The notes under the pieces are model-generated. The model was not told the origin of the DNA and did no database searches. It was given only the letters and a program-made list of their open reading frames with translations. Shown piece by piece: positions 46,637 through 56,819 of a stretch of 64,000 bases of DNA (position 1 is its first letter; each line of letters begins with the position of its first letter). Origin of the DNA: an uncultured bacterium. Lineage in GTDB: Bacteria; Auribacterota; UBA3054; JAPLST01. The DNA lies in the NCBI GenBank assembly GCA_964397565.1, contig CAYNJC010000001.1, positions 144,966 to 208,965 of the forward strand, given 5' to 3'. The translations under genes and the position numbers were made by a program.

Positions 46637-48202
46637 TTACACCTTGGTGCGAAACTGGCGATAGCTGACGCCGAACTTGCGCACCCGCAAGCCCATCAAG
46701 CGCTCACTCACGCCCAGCGCGCGCGCCGCCTTGGCCATGTTGCCGCGCGCCGACTTCAGCGCGTCGACAATCAGTTCGCGCTCGACCGCCGCCACGGTCG
46801 CGTCGAGTGAGCCATGAAAGGTCGTGTTGCTGGCTTCCGCCGTTTGCAGGGTGGGCGGCAGATGATGGGCATGAATCACATCATCGTCGGTCAGCAGCAC
46901 GGCGCGCTCGATGCAATTCTCGAGTTCGCGCACATTGCCCGGCCAATGATAGACCATCAGCATGTCGATCGCCGGGGTGGAAATGCGGCGCACATTCTTG
47001 TGATTAAGCTTCGAATATTTCTCGACGAAATGATCGGCCAGCAACAGGATGTCGGTGCGGCGGTCGCGCAAGGGCGGCAGGAAGATGGGGAAGACGTTCA
47101 AGCGATAGTAGAGATCCTGGCGGAACTGGCCGCGCTCGTTCAGCTCTTCAAGATTGCGGTTGGTCGCCGTCACAATGCGGACATTGACTTTGATCGTGCT
47201 GGTGCCGCCCAGGCGTTCGAATTCGCGCTCTTGCAGGACGCGCAGGAGTTTGATCTGGGTCGCCGCGGAAAAGTCGCCGATTTCATCCAGGAAAATCGTG
47301 CCGCCGTGGGCCAACTCGAAGCGGCCTTTGCGCGCGGCCAGCGCGCCGGTGAACGCGCCGCGCTCGTGCCCGAAGAGTTCGCTCTCGATCAGGGTTTCCG
47401 GCAAGGCCGCGCAATTCACTTTGACACACGGCATGCCGGCCCGCAGGCTGTTGTAATGCACCGCACGCGCAACCAGCTCCTTGCCGGTGCCCGACTCGCC
47501 GCGGATCAGCACGGTCGCATCGCTGCGGGCCACTTGCGCGATCAAATCGAAGACCGTCTGCATCGCGTGTGAATTGCCGATGATGTTGGACGGGCGAAAG
47601 CGTTCCTTCAACTCCTGCTGCAGCCGGCGATTTTCATCCAACAGACGTTCCTGCTCCTCCTGCACGGCCTGGCGCAGGCGCACGGCTTGGGCGATCATCG
47701 AACTGATGATCGTCAGCAATTGCGCATCGTGGTGCAAGACGCGACTGTCGCGGCACGGGCGCTCGATGCTGAGCGCACCAATGACTTCCTGGCCCAGTTT
47801 GATCGGCACGCAGATGAAGGCCGAATCCTGTTTGTACTGATCCGTGCGCGCGCCGGTGCGGTCCAGAAAACGCGGCTCGGCCGAGATGCGCGGAATAATG
47901 GCCGGCGCGCCGCTGGCAACCACTTGGCCGGTGATGCCTTCGCCCAGGCGATAGCGCGCTTTCTGGCGCTGACTTTCCGAGAGGCCGTAGCTTTCTGCAA
48001 TCGAGATTTCGCGCGTGTTGCGATTCAGCAGCAGCAGCATCACGCGCCGCGCACCAATGTGGGTCGCGATCGTGCGCGGCAGCGGCGTCACGACCGTGCG
48101 CAGATCCAAGCTTTGATCCAGCACCCGGCTGACCTCCAGCAGCAGTTCGAGGTCGTGCGGATTGCGCGGCAGCACAGCGCTCAATTCTGACGAGGCCGTC
48201 AT
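46637..48202 (-). CDS. sigma-54-dependent transcriptional activator with N-terminal GAF domain (NtrC/Fis family EBP)
   Basis: GAF-like N-terminus. AAA+ sigma54-interaction domain with GESGTGKE and the GAFTGA motif. C-terminal Fis-type HTH. Confidence 0.9.
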   Translation of the reverse strand: MTASSELSAVLPRNPHDLELLLEVSRVLDQSLDLRTVVTPLPRTIATHIGARRVMLLLLNRNTREISIAESYGLSESQRQKARYRLGEGITGQVVASGAPAIIPRISAEPRFLDRTGARTDQYKQDSAFICVPIKLGQEVIGALSIERPCRDSRVLHHDAQLLTIISSMIAQAVRLRQAVQEEQERLLDENRRLQQELKERFRPSNIIGNSHAMQTVFDLIAQVARSDATVLIRGESGTGKELVARAVHYNSLRAGMPCVKVNCAALPETLIESELFGHERGAFTGALAARKGRFELAHGGTIFLDEIGDFSAATQIKLLRVLQEREFERLGGTSTIKVNVRIVTATNRNLEELNERGQFRQDLYYRLNVFPIFLPPLRDRRTDILLLADHFVEKYSKLNHKNVRRISTPAIDMLMVYHWPGNVRELENCIERAVLLTDDDVIHAHHLPPTLQTAEASNTTFHGSLDATVAAVERELIVDALKSARGNMAKAARALGVSERLMGLRVRKFGVSYRQFRTKV

Positions 48203-48948
48203 GGTGAGAAACGCGCCGCCACCACATCCCAGTTGACGTTCTCAAAGACGGCATCCAGGTAGGCTGCGCGATCAAGCTGGTAGTCCGTCAGGTACGCATG
48301 CTCAAACACGTCCACGATCAACAGCGGCACACCGCCGGCAATGTGGTTGGCCTCATGCTCATTGATCCACATGTTCAGTAAACGCCCGCCGACCGGATCG
48401 TAGTACAAAATCACCCAGCCGATTCCGCGCATCTTGCCGGTGCCGACGAAATCGCGTTTCCATGAGTCGTAACTGCCGAAATCCGCACAGAGTTGCGCAT
48501 ACAGCGCGGTGTTGGTCGCCACCATGCCCGCACCGCCCAGATTGTCGAAATAGTATTCGTGCAGGCGCATGCCGTTGAACTCCCAACCCAGGCGCCGCTT
48601 CAGTTCGGCATACGGCGGCGTCGTTTCCTGGGCGCCGGCCAGCAGCGTGCGCAAGCTGCTTTGCAGCAGGTTGACATTGTTGACATAGCCCAGATACAGC
48701 TTGAAATGATTCGACAGCAGCGTACCGCTGAAGCCCGGCATGCCCAACAGATTGCTGTAGTCGCGCGCGGCATACGGCGCGGGAATGCGCAATTCCAGTT
48801 TCACCGGCGCGGGTGCCACACCCGCCGCCGCCGCCGGTGCAACCAAGATCGCCGCCGGTGCTTGCGGCGCGGCCGGCGCGGGCGGTTGGGCATTGAGCAG
48901 CATTAGCCACAGACAGCCAACTAGACCGACGGTCATCATGCGCGACAT
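48199..48948 (-). CDS. Fe/Mn superoxide dismutase family protein with signal peptide
   Basis: An N-terminal signal peptide and Ala/Pro-rich linker precede the SOD N-terminal helical and C-terminal alpha/beta domains ([20 protein letters not shown]). Confidence 0.7.
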   Translation of the reverse strand: MSRMMTVGLVGCLWLMLLNAQPPAPAAPQAPAAILVAPAAAAGVAPAPVKLELRIPAPYAARDYSNLLGMPGFSGTLLSNHFKLYLGYVNNVNLLQSSLRTLLAGAQETTPPYAELKRRLGWEFNGMRLHEYYFDNLGGAGMVATNTALYAQLCADFGSYDSWKRDFVGTGKMRGIGWVILYYDPVGGRLLNMWINEHEANHIAGGVPLLIVDVFEHAYLTDYQLDRAAYLDAVFENVNWDVVAARFSP

Positions 48949-48969
48949 AGCAACTCCTTTATCAGCAGG

Positions 48970-50028
48970 TTAAAGCGTGCGGGCGATCCGTTCCAGTTCG
49001 CGTTCCGCATCACCAATCAATTCCTTGATCATCATCCGGACCGGCATGATTTCATCCACCAGTCCGACCGTTTGGCCGGCCATGAGCGAGCCGTGCTCGA
49101 CATCACCATCAATGACCGCATGGCGCAGCGCGCCGATCCAGAAGCGTTCGACTTCCAGCTGGGCCGTCTCGCGATCAATCTCGCCGGCATCCAGTTGCTG
49201 CAGCAGTTCCAGTTGCAGCTTGCCGAACGCGAGCGTGCCTTTGTTTTTCAACGCGCGCACGGGTATCACCGGCAGGCGCGAATCGAACTGCGGCGCGGCG
49301 ACCGCATCGCGCGCCTGCGCCCGGCGAAATTCTTCCTTGAAATTCGGATGCGCCACGCATTCGTCGGTCATGACAAACCGCGTGCCCAACTGCACGCCCG
49401 ACGCGCCCATCAGCAGCAAATGCGCCATCATTTTCCCGGTCGCCACGCCGCCGGCGATGAAGACCGGCACGCGCGCGCTGAAGTGAAATAAAATCTGTTG
49501 CCACAGAATCGGCCCGACTACCGGCCCGACGTGCCCGCCGGCTTCCATCCCTTCCAGGATCAGGCCGTCGACGCCATAGCGCACCATGCGCTTGGCCAGC
49601 GCGTCGGTCGAGGCAAACGCCAGGACTTGTGCGCCGGATGCCTTGGCTTTTTCGATCTCCTGTTCGCGCGGCATGCTGCCGGCAAAGACAATCACCGGCA
49701 GCTTCGCCTGCACCGCCCGCTCGAGGTGCGCCAGGTAATTGGGCGCCACCGTGATCAGATTCACCGCAAACGGCTTGTCGGTCAGCGTGCGCGTGTGCGC
49801 AATCTGACGTGCGAGTTCCTCGGGCGGCATGTTGCCGCAGGCCAGGCTGGCAAAGGCACCCGCATTGCACACCGCCGACACCAGCCGCGGCTCGCTCACC
49901 CACGTCATGGCACCGCACATGATCGGGTACTGCACCCCGAGCAGCGCCTTGCCGCGTTGCCAGAATTTATTAAGATGCCCTGTTGCAACATCAATCATGC
50001 GTGCCGGTTCCTTTGTTGCGGGTGTCAT
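48970..50028 (-). CDS. nitronate monooxygenase / NAD(P)H-dependent flavin oxidoreductase (NMO, FabK-like)
   Basis: IMCGAMTWVSEPRLVSAVCNAGAFASL is the FMN-binding TIM-barrel N-terminus. A GG-rich phosphate-binding loop follows. Confidence 0.8.
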   Translation of the reverse strand: MTPATKEPARMIDVATGHLNKFWQRGKALLGVQYPIMCGAMTWVSEPRLVSAVCNAGAFASLACGNMPPEELARQIAHTRTLTDKPFAVNLITVAPNYLAHLERAVQAKLPVIVFAGSMPREQEIEKAKASGAQVLAFASTDALAKRMVRYGVDGLILEGMEAGGHVGPVVGPILWQQILFHFSARVPVFIAGGVATGKMMAHLLLMGASGVQLGTRFVMTDECVAHPNFKEEFRRAQARDAVAAPQFDSRLPVIPVRALKNKGTLAFGKLQLELLQQLDAGEIDRETAQLEVERFWIGALRHAVIDGDVEHGSLMAGQTVGLVDEIMPVRMMIKELIGDAERELERIARTL

Positions 50029-50084
50029 AGTATACGCGATTATGAGCGAAAGTTCAAGAGCGTCTGTGCAGCACCGGAACCAGG

Positions 50085-50843
50085 CTACTGTGCGTCCGGC
50101 GTCGGCTGGGACAGCGGCGTCGGCATGTCCTTGACGGGAAACTCAGCCGACCATTGCAGGCGCAGATCAGCCAGGGCGCGCGCAGCATGCATCGTGCGCA
50201 GCGCCGCGCCAAGATAGGTATACGCCCGCCGCCGCTCTTGCGGCGTGTGCACCCCGCCCAGCGCACGCCACAGCAGATTCGTCACGCGGTCTGTGCCGCG
50301 TCCGCCGCCCGTGCTAAAGAGTAGCACGCCCATGTCGAGCGCTAGCGCGGCGCTGTCGGGATTGTACTGCAGGCCCTGTTCGAGAAATGACACCGCCGCA
50401 GGCGCATTGCCCACCCGCGCGAGCCAGTAGCTGCCCACCGACCAGTTCTGAATGTTGTGCGGATCCGCCTTGGCCGTCAGCCAGAATAGCGGCAGCAGTT
50501 GCGCTTCATCGCGGTGCGTCAGGTGCACGTCCGGCGCGTCGTGCGCCGCATCGTGCTCACGCCCGCAGGCCTCGTCGGCATGGTGATCATGACGGAACAT
50601 TTCATACGGGTTATACGGGCGGAACACGTTGTAGCGTTCTTGCTGGTCATTCTCATCAATGCCGCGATGCAAATACAAATCGCCTTGCATCCAGGCGGCA
50701 TCGCCAATGACAACGCGCACGACCGTGATGAGCTGATCCCACACAGTTTCCGGCGCGCACGCACCGTACGGTTGCTTCTGTAGTCCCATGAGTCCTATAA
50801 GACTTACGAGTCCTATAAGTCCTATTGTCTTCACACGTCGCAT
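50085..50843 (-). CDS. secreted TPR-like protein
   Basis: The start at MRRVKTIGLIGLVSLIGLMGL gives a signal peptide whose hydrophobic core is encoded by a 9-nt tandem repeat. A C-terminal TPR-like helical region follows (SYWLARVGNAPAAVSFLEQGLQYNP...). Confidence 0.55.
   Translation of the reverse strand: MRRVKTIGLIGLVSLIGLMGLQKQPYGACAPETVWDQLITVVRVVIGDAAWMQGDLYLHRGIDENDQQERYNVFRPYNPYEMFRHDHHADEACGREHDAAHDAPDVHLTHRDEAQLLPLFWLTAKADPHNIQNWSVGSYWLARVGNAPAAVSFLEQGLQYNPDSAALALDMGVLLFSTGGGRGTDRVTNLLWRALGGVHTPQERRRAYTYLGAALRTMHAARALADLRLQWSAEFPVKDMPTPLSQPTPDAQ
50788..50827. repeat. nonanucleotide tandem repeat (ATAGGACTY-like)x4 encoding (IGL)n in the signal peptide
   Basis: gagtcctataag acttacgagtcctataag tcctattgtc; on the minus strand this reads I-G-L-I-G-L-V-S-L-I-G-L. 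Confidence 0.7.
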
Positions 50844-51607
50844 CGGCGAAATAGGCCGCACGCCGCCAGCAGCAGCAGCGCCGTCCAGCCTACCCCATAC
50901 GTGATGGTCGGCACCAGCATGAACCACGAGACCGCCGGCCATTGGTGCACCACCGGCATCGTCAGGTTGAAATAATTCAGATGGGGTGTGGCAAAGAACG
51001 CACACCACGCCGGCGCGCGCACGATCCACGGCGTGCCGGCCAGCGCCGGCTGCAGCACCGGCTGGATCAGTTGCCCGAGAAAGTAGTACAGGATGCAGAC
51101 CACGGCGGTCATCGCCGGCGTGGTCAGCAACGACAAGACCAGCGCCAGGGCATTGAACAGCAGCACTTGGATCAGCAACAAGATCACGGCGTGCAACAGC
51201 GCCGGCGGGCAGACGACCTGCCGCCACCACAGCGACAACAGAAAAATGGCGGTGAATAACACAAAGGCAATGACACTGGTCACGGCCACGCCCAGGAACG
51301 TGCCGATGATCACCTGCCAGCGCGCCACCGGCCGCGCCAGGATGAGATGCAAGGTGTGATCCTGGCGCTGCTGCGGCAGCACCCAGCAGGTCGTCAGCGT
51401 GGCCACCACGACCGTGACCAGCGGCAGCACCAGCATCATGATGTGAAAGAAAAACTGCTGGTAGTGCGCACTGCCGAAAAACTCCATTGCGCAACAGATA
51501 CCGGCACTGGCCAGCACGGCCAGCAACAGCACCGGCAGATGGCGGCGGCGGCGCGCGCTGCGCACCGTCTCATGCGCGATCAGATACAGATTCGTGAGCG
51601 TGTTCAT
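50831..51607 (-). CDS. ABC-2 type transporter permease
   Basis: Six hydrophobic helices. The start is taken at MNTLTNLYLI, overlapping the upstream ATPase gene by 38 nt. Confidence 0.6.
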   Translation of the reverse strand: MNTLTNLYLIAHETVRSARRRRHLPVLLLAVLASAGICCAMEFFGSAHYQQFFFHIMMLVLPLVTVVVATLTTCWVLPQQRQDHTLHLILARPVARWQVIIGTFLGVAVTSVIAFVLFTAIFLLSLWWRQVVCPPALLHAVILLLIQVLLFNALALVLSLLTTPAMTAVVCILYYFLGQLIQPVLQPALAGTPWIVRAPAWCAFFATPHLNYFNLTMPVVHQWPAVSWFMLVPTITYGVGWTALLLLAACGLFRRCDV

Positions 51608-52364
51608 CTTGGCAAATGGTCGTGACAAACAAGGCTTCGAGCGCGGCGGCGCGCGAACGGTGTGCAGTGGAAGCTGCCAGCAGCACCGGCAGCGCACCCT
51701 GCAAGAGAATGCGGCCGCGGTGCAAAATGGCAATGGCATCGCAGGTGGCCTCGACTTCCGACAACTCATGCGAGCTGAAGAAGATCGTCAAGCCTTGAGT
51801 GCACAAGTGCGTGATCAGTTCGCGGATCTCGCGCCGCCCAAGCGGGTCGAGCCCGGAGGCCGGCTCATCCAGAATCAGGCACGCGGGCTGGTGCACAATC
51901 GCCTGGGCCAGACCCACGCGTTGGCGCATGCCTTTCGAAAAGTACTTCAGCGCGCGATCCGCATCCGCCCGCAAGCCGACCGTGCGCAAGGCGTCGGCGG
52001 CCGCGCTTGTCGCTGTGCCGCGTGCCAGTCCGCTCAGGCGCGCGTAAAACATGACCGCCTCGCGCGCCGTCAGATACTCAGGATAGGTTGTGGTTTCCGG
52101 CAGATAGCCCAGGAGGCGGCGCGTCTCCGGCTCCTGCGTCGAACGCCCAAACAGCAAGGCCGCGCCTGTCGTCGGCCGGATGAAGGACAACAGGATTTTC
52201 AGGGCCGTGGTTTTGCCCGCGCCGTTCGGGCCAAGAAAGCCGAACACTTGGCCGCGCGGCACCGCGAACGAAATGCCATGCAACGCGCGATAGACCCGCC
52301 GCCCGCCCAGCCCGCTGTGGTAGTCTTTCACCACGTCAATACATTGAATCGCCGGATCGGACAT
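51570..52364 (-). CDS. ABC transporter ATP-binding protein
   Basis: Walker A GPNGAGKTT, signature LSKGMRQRVGLA, and Walker B ILDEPASGLD. Confidence 0.9.
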   Translation of the reverse strand: MSDPAIQCIDVVKDYHSGLGGRRVYRALHGISFAVPRGQVFGFLGPNGAGKTTALKILLSFIRPTTGAALLFGRSTQEPETRRLLGYLPETTTYPEYLTAREAVMFYARLSGLARGTATSAAADALRTVGLRADADRALKYFSKGMRQRVGLAQAIVHQPACLILDEPASGLDPLGRREIRELITHLCTQGLTIFFSSHELSEVEATCDAIAILHRGRILLQGALPVLLAASTAHRSRAAALEALFVTTICQDEHAHESVSDRA

Positions 52365-52367
52365 GGT

Positions 52368-53093
52368 TCACCAGCCGCTGATTTTTGCCACGGTCGGTAC
52401 CAAGGGTTGCACCAGCGTTTTGAGCGCCTGAGCATACTGCCGGATTTCCCATTGCGCGCCGGCGTGGTCGCGCAACGACAGGAAATGCAGCAGATTCCCC
52501 AAATCCACCGTCGCCCAAAACGTCGTCATCAAATTCTGGGACAAGACCCCGCGGGCCTGCTCGCGACAGACGCCCATCTGCAGCAGCGTTTCATACGCGT
52601 CGCGCGAGGCGCGATTAGCCTGCGCAATCATGCGCATGGCATCGGCCTGCGTCGCCCCCGCCAAAACATCAACGGATGCCTGGCGGTTGTTTTCGCTCTG
52701 CCCGCGAATATGGCGCGGCTCATAAAAATCAAGGTCAACTTCCGTGTAACGCCGGCTGATCTCATTGTAGGACCACGTCCGGTGGCGCTGCCATTGACTG
52801 CGCACAAACAACGGGCAATGCACGATGAAGGTGAAAACCACATGCTCGAACGGGCTGGTGTGGCGTTCGTCGACCAGATATTTCAGGAGCACTTCGTCGC
52901 GTTCCGTCATGCGCGTCGTGAATTTGCCGAAGGAGACGCGCGCGGCATTCACAATCGTCGTCTCGTCGCCCATCACCTGCACCAAGCCGACCCAGCCTTG
53001 CCCGTCCAGCACGCGCACATGCTTGTCTGGCGGAATATTCACGCTGTGCGTCACGCTGGTTGCCTCACCCATCCTGTCGTTCTGCGGTGCCAT
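52368..53093 (-). CDS. thyX: FAD-dependent thymidylate synthase ThyX
   Basis: ThyX motif RHRTWSYNEISRRY (RHRxxxxxxxS) and the conserved FEHVVFTF. Confidence 0.9.
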   Translation of the reverse strand: MAPQNDRMGEATSVTHSVNIPPDKHVRVLDGQGWVGLVQVMGDETTIVNAARVSFGKFTTRMTERDEVLLKYLVDERHTSPFEHVVFTFIVHCPLFVRSQWQRHRTWSYNEISRRYTEVDLDFYEPRHIRGQSENNRQASVDVLAGATQADAMRMIAQANRASRDAYETLLQMGVCREQARGVLSQNLMTTFWATVDLGNLLHFLSLRDHAGAQWEIRQYAQALKTLVQPLVPTVAKISGW

Positions 53094-53099
53094 GCATCC

Positions 53100-53702
53100 T
53101 TATTTTGTTGCGGTACCACCCACTACAACCGCGCAGCCGTCAATGCTGATCGGCACACGGCTGAACTCCTGCAGATACTGCAATACCTGTGCGATCGTCA
53201 CCTTGCTGAGCGTCAGCGTCACTTTTTTGTCAGCCCACGCCGCCGGCTGGATCAAGACCAGGTTGATCGCATTGCCTTGCACCACGCACTGCACGGCATC
53301 CAGCAGGGGTTGCTCCTTAAATGCAACATCAATCCGCTGCTGCAGCTTCGCGCGCAACACATTGGTGGGTGGCCGCGCCGGCATCGGTTGGTACGGCGCA
53401 CTGAAGATCGCGCCAAAGGGACGCGGCTCGTAGGTCATGTTGACACTGCGCGCTACAAACCGCAGCACCTCACCCAACGGCACCTTCTTCAGTTCCAATG
53501 TGATCGGCGGATGATTCGTGCCGGCCGCGCGCACCAGCACATTCACCTGATTCTCGCTGCGATACAACGCCAGCACGGTCGCCAAGTCGGCCTCTGCAAA
53601 CGAGGCGTCCACCAGCGTGCCGAGCGCCGGGGCATCCGCCCCGCGCCCGCTGACACACATCAACGCGCATACTGTCAGTGTGCTGCATACATTGCTGTTC
53701 AT
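53100..53702 (-). CDS. secreted hypothetical protein with two STN/FecR-C-like repeats
   Basis: Signal-like N-terminus. Two segments (KVPLGEVLRFVARSVNMTY and KVTIAQVLQYLQEFSRVPISIDG) resemble the short secretin/TonB N-terminal domain. Its start overlaps the GH13 stop (ATGA). Confidence 0.45.
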   Translation of the reverse strand: MNSNVCSTLTVCALMCVSGRGADAPALGTLVDASFAEADLATVLALYRSENQVNVLVRAAGTNHPPITLELKKVPLGEVLRFVARSVNMTYEPRPFGAIFSAPYQPMPARPPTNVLRAKLQQRIDVAFKEQPLLDAVQCVVQGNAINLVLIQPAAWADKKVTLTLSKVTIAQVLQYLQEFSRVPISIDGCAVVVGGTATK

Positions 53703-56632
53703 CCATGCCTCGTGGGTCGCTTGTTCCATATCATATACAACACGACGCCAAGTTGCAAGCCCAGCGGCTCGGGCACGCCAATTTGCAGAAATTGCTCGCC
53801 CGGCACCAAGTCATAGCGCTTGCTCGCTGCGGAGCCACTGGCGGCATAGCTGTTGGTTGCGCCGTGAATTGGCGCCAGTGATTGATTCGCCGACCATTTG
53901 CCGTCACTGCTGCTGACCACGACTTGCACCCGGCAACATTCACCCGTCAGGTCCAGCGCAGCGCGCGTGATGGCCAACTCCAAGCCGGTGGCATACGTGC
54001 CCGTCACCGCCAGACTCGTGCCGGCCGCGCTTTGATTATACAGCGCCAATTGCGCAAAGGCGTTGCTGATGGCGCCATAGCTCGTGTCCATGGTTTGGAG
54101 CTTGCCCCAGTAGCTGTACGTGTTCGCGTTCAAGCGTGAGAAATCAACCCGGGCTTCGGCCGGATTGCCGCTGTCCGTGTGGATGTTCAGCGCAAAATCC
54201 GGTGTGAACTCCGCGTCGAACACCATGCCGGTCATGTTCACGATCCGCGCCGCAACCCCGTTCAGTGCCGGCGTCAGGCGATTTGTGCCGACACCGGGAA
54301 TGCTGTCAAAGAAGACAACCAGGCCGTTGCCGTTTTTCTCGATGCTGCCGCTCACGCCCAGCAGCAGACGATCCGTCTCCAAGGTCGCGCGCGCCGCCAG
54401 CAGCGCATTCCACGCGCCCCAGTCCGTGACGGTGTCTTGAAAGGTGGCCGCCTCCGCGTCTGCGAAATCATCTGGAATATTCTGGCCATCAATCCAACCA
54501 CTTGAACTGGTGTGAATCGCATTGCTCTGCACGGCCTGCGCGTTGCCGTTCAGCCCGGCAATCGTCATGGTCACGGTGAACAGGCCGTCATTGGTATAGC
54601 GATGAAGCGGGTTGACCTCGGTGCTGCAGCTGCCATCGCCGAAGTTCCAGAGCCAGTTCGTCACCAGTCCGCTGCTCATGTCTGTGAAGCGCACCGCCAG
54701 GCCGCGATTGCCATTGGTCGGCGTGGCGCTGAAGGCCGCCGTCGGTGCGGCCGGCAGTGCCCGGCCAAAAACCATGAACGAATACGGCGCAATCGTCAGA
54801 CTGCCTTTGTGGGTCAGCCCGTCCATGCCGGGCGTGCCGGCCTCCACTTGCAGCGAGCCGCCATTACCATAGCCGGCATCATAGCAGCGCCGGTCCGAAT
54901 TGACCAGGCAATACCACGTGCCCGCACCCGGCAGTCCAATTTGATAATCCGTCAGGGTCGTATTCGCGGCATTCACCACCACGATCACGTCATCGCCGGC
55001 GCTGCTGCTGCGCGCGCGCCGGTACGCCATCAGTTTCACGCCGCCGGCGTTGTTGACATGATAGACGCTGACATACGCGCCCGTCAGCCCCGTGCTGATT
55101 CCAAATGCGTCGCGCCGCAGATGCACCACATCGCGGTACAGGCGCAACATGCCGCCGTAGGTGTTGGCTTTGGTCCAATCCAGCGGATCGGTATCGCTGA
55201 AGAACCCGTCTTCAAGAAATTCCTGGCCCTGAAACAGCATCGGTATGCCCGGCGCGGTCAGCACCAGCGCGGCCGCCAGCGTCGAGCGTTTTTTCGCAAA
55301 ATACGAATTGCCGTTCGGCGGATCAATTTCGACGTTCAAACGCGACTGGCCGTTGGCCGCGTCATCATGCGAATCGGAATATTTCACCGTCGCGAAGGCG
55401 CGGCCGTGTTCGATGGATTGCACGGCGTTCTGCAAAACCGTCATGTCACGCGACGCATCCGCGCTGATTTTCATCTGGTTGCGCACGTTGTCGACGAAGT
55501 AGTTGTTCCACTGCGCGTCAAAGCCGAGCGTGTAGGCGCCGCCGCTCTTGTCGGTCACGCCGGTGTAGTCGTTCAAATCCTCCGCAACCAGCACCGCGTC
55601 GGGCGCAACCACGTCGGCCGCCGTGTTGATCGTCCGGCAGAGCGCGTAGCCCTCGGGGATGTCACTGCTGTAATTGACTTTGCGCATGTTGATGGTCGAA
55701 TCCATGCGAATCCCGTCGCAGTTCATTTCCGTCAGCCAGAAGACGATGTTCTGGGTCAAGTAATTCGTCACCTCGGCGCGCGCATAATTCGGCCGATTCT
55801 TGCCCCATTGCGTATACCAGCGCTCGGCCGGGCTGCCGGTCCAATCAAAATAGAAAATACCGCCGTGCTCACCCGTCTGGCCGTCAATCGGACAGACATG
55901 CGAGCCCATCGTCCAGCCATCCCACTTCCACAAGATCTCGCCCTCAACGTGATTGTAGACCACATCAATATACACCGCGATGCCGTGTTGATGCAGTACA
56001 TCCACCATCTGCTTGAACGCCGTCACGCCGCCATAGGCCGACTCTGGCGCGTAAATGCCGACCGGATTGTAGCCCCATGAGCGGCTGCCGCTGAATTCTG
56101 CTGGCGGCATCAATTCAACCGCGTTGATCCCCACGCGTTGCAGGTACGCCGCTTTCTGCGCCACGCCGGCAAATGTCCCGCCGTTGAACGTGCCGACATG
56201 CAACTCATACAACACCGTCTCGCTCTCGTGCGGGCGCACAAACGATGTCCACGCATAGTCGGCCGTGGTCACCACCGCATTGCCGTCCGGATACGCCACC
56301 GCGCGCGTCCAGGGGTCGGCTTTCCACAGCGTGCCATTGACGACAAATTTATACAGCGCGCCGACCGGAGTGCTACTGCGAAAGATGGACCAGTAATTCG
56401 ACGTGGCATCATCCGGCGCCAGCCGATCCGCGCTGCTGCTCCAACTATTGAAGGTGCCGGCCAGACTGACGCTGGTCGCGTGCGGCGCCCAAACCCGAAA
56501 CGACACCCCCGTCGGCGTGACCAGCGCGCCGTAATGCCCGACCATGGGGCTCGGCGCGACGGCGCGTGCGAGCGGCACGAGCAGCAGCAGACAGCCCACA
56601 ACAACGCAGTGACGAACAAGCATCTTCTTCAT
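53699..56632 (-). CDS. GH13 family alpha-glucan-active enzyme with N-terminal CBM48-like domain, PKD domain and C-terminal extension
   Basis: Signal peptide, then VSFRVWAPHATSVSLAGTFNSW (CBM48/E-set). The GH13 catalytic core includes NHVEGE...DGIRMDS. A PKD-like segment follows (WNFGDGSCSTEVNPLHRYTNDGLFTVTMT), then ~300 aa of unassigned C-terminus. Confidence 0.75.
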   Translation of the reverse strand: MKKMLVRHCVVVGCLLLLVPLARAVAPSPMVGHYGALVTPTGVSFRVWAPHATSVSLAGTFNSWSSSADRLAPDDATSNYWSIFRSSTPVGALYKFVVNGTLWKADPWTRAVAYPDGNAVVTTADYAWTSFVRPHESETVLYELHVGTFNGGTFAGVAQKAAYLQRVGINAVELMPPAEFSGSRSWGYNPVGIYAPESAYGGVTAFKQMVDVLHQHGIAVYIDVVYNHVEGEILWKWDGWTMGSHVCPIDGQTGEHGGIFYFDWTGSPAERWYTQWGKNRPNYARAEVTNYLTQNIVFWLTEMNCDGIRMDSTINMRKVNYSSDIPEGYALCRTINTAADVVAPDAVLVAEDLNDYTGVTDKSGGAYTLGFDAQWNNYFVDNVRNQMKISADASRDMTVLQNAVQSIEHGRAFATVKYSDSHDDAANGQSRLNVEIDPPNGNSYFAKKRSTLAAALVLTAPGIPMLFQGQEFLEDGFFSDTDPLDWTKANTYGGMLRLYRDVVHLRRDAFGISTGLTGAYVSVYHVNNAGGVKLMAYRRARSSSAGDDVIVVVNAANTTLTDYQIGLPGAGTWYCLVNSDRRCYDAGYGNGGSLQVEAGTPGMDGLTHKGSLTIAPYSFMVFGRALPAAPTAAFSATPTNGNRGLAVRFTDMSSGLVTNWLWNFGDGSCSTEVNPLHRYTNDGLFTVTMTIAGLNGNAQAVQSNAIHTSSSGWIDGQNIPDDFADAEAATFQDTVTDWGAWNALLAARATLETDRLLLGVSGSIEKNGNGLVVFFDSIPGVGTNRLTPALNGVAARIVNMTGMVFDAEFTPDFALNIHTDSGNPAEARVDFSRLNANTYSYWGKLQTMDTSYGAISNAFAQLALYNQSAAGTSLAVTGTYATGLELAITRAALDLTGECCRVQVVVSSSDGKWSANQSLAPIHGATNSYAASGSAASKRYDLVPGEQFLQIGVPEPLGLQLGVVLYMIWNKRPTRHG

Positions 56633-56819
56633 AATGATAGTATACCACATTTCCGCGCCGGTAACAGCACGGCTGATTTTTGCGCGCAACAGTTACGGTG
56701 TGCGGCGCCCAACGCCAACGCGGCATCTCATCGTAGAGTTGCTAGACCAGCTGTTCGATCTGCTGGTCGGTTGCGGAAATGGGGCGCGCAAGAGTATTGT
56801 TCTCAAAGCACATTTTGTT

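Noticed and set aside
48199-48948. Idea that the periplasmic SOD-like protein is a degenerate pseudo-enzyme lacking metal ligands.
   Set aside because: On closer reading the expected ligand positions are plausibly present: a His in SNHFKLY, the His in LHEYYF, and Asp/His in DVFEHAY. Without an alignment the claim is unsupported.
50085-51494. Full 469-aa ORF as listed in the track.
   Set aside because: The N-terminal 217 residues are low-complexity (Ala/Gly/His-rich) and overlap the ABC permease gene in another frame. A signal peptide begins at the internal Met (50843), so only the distal 252 aa are taken as real.
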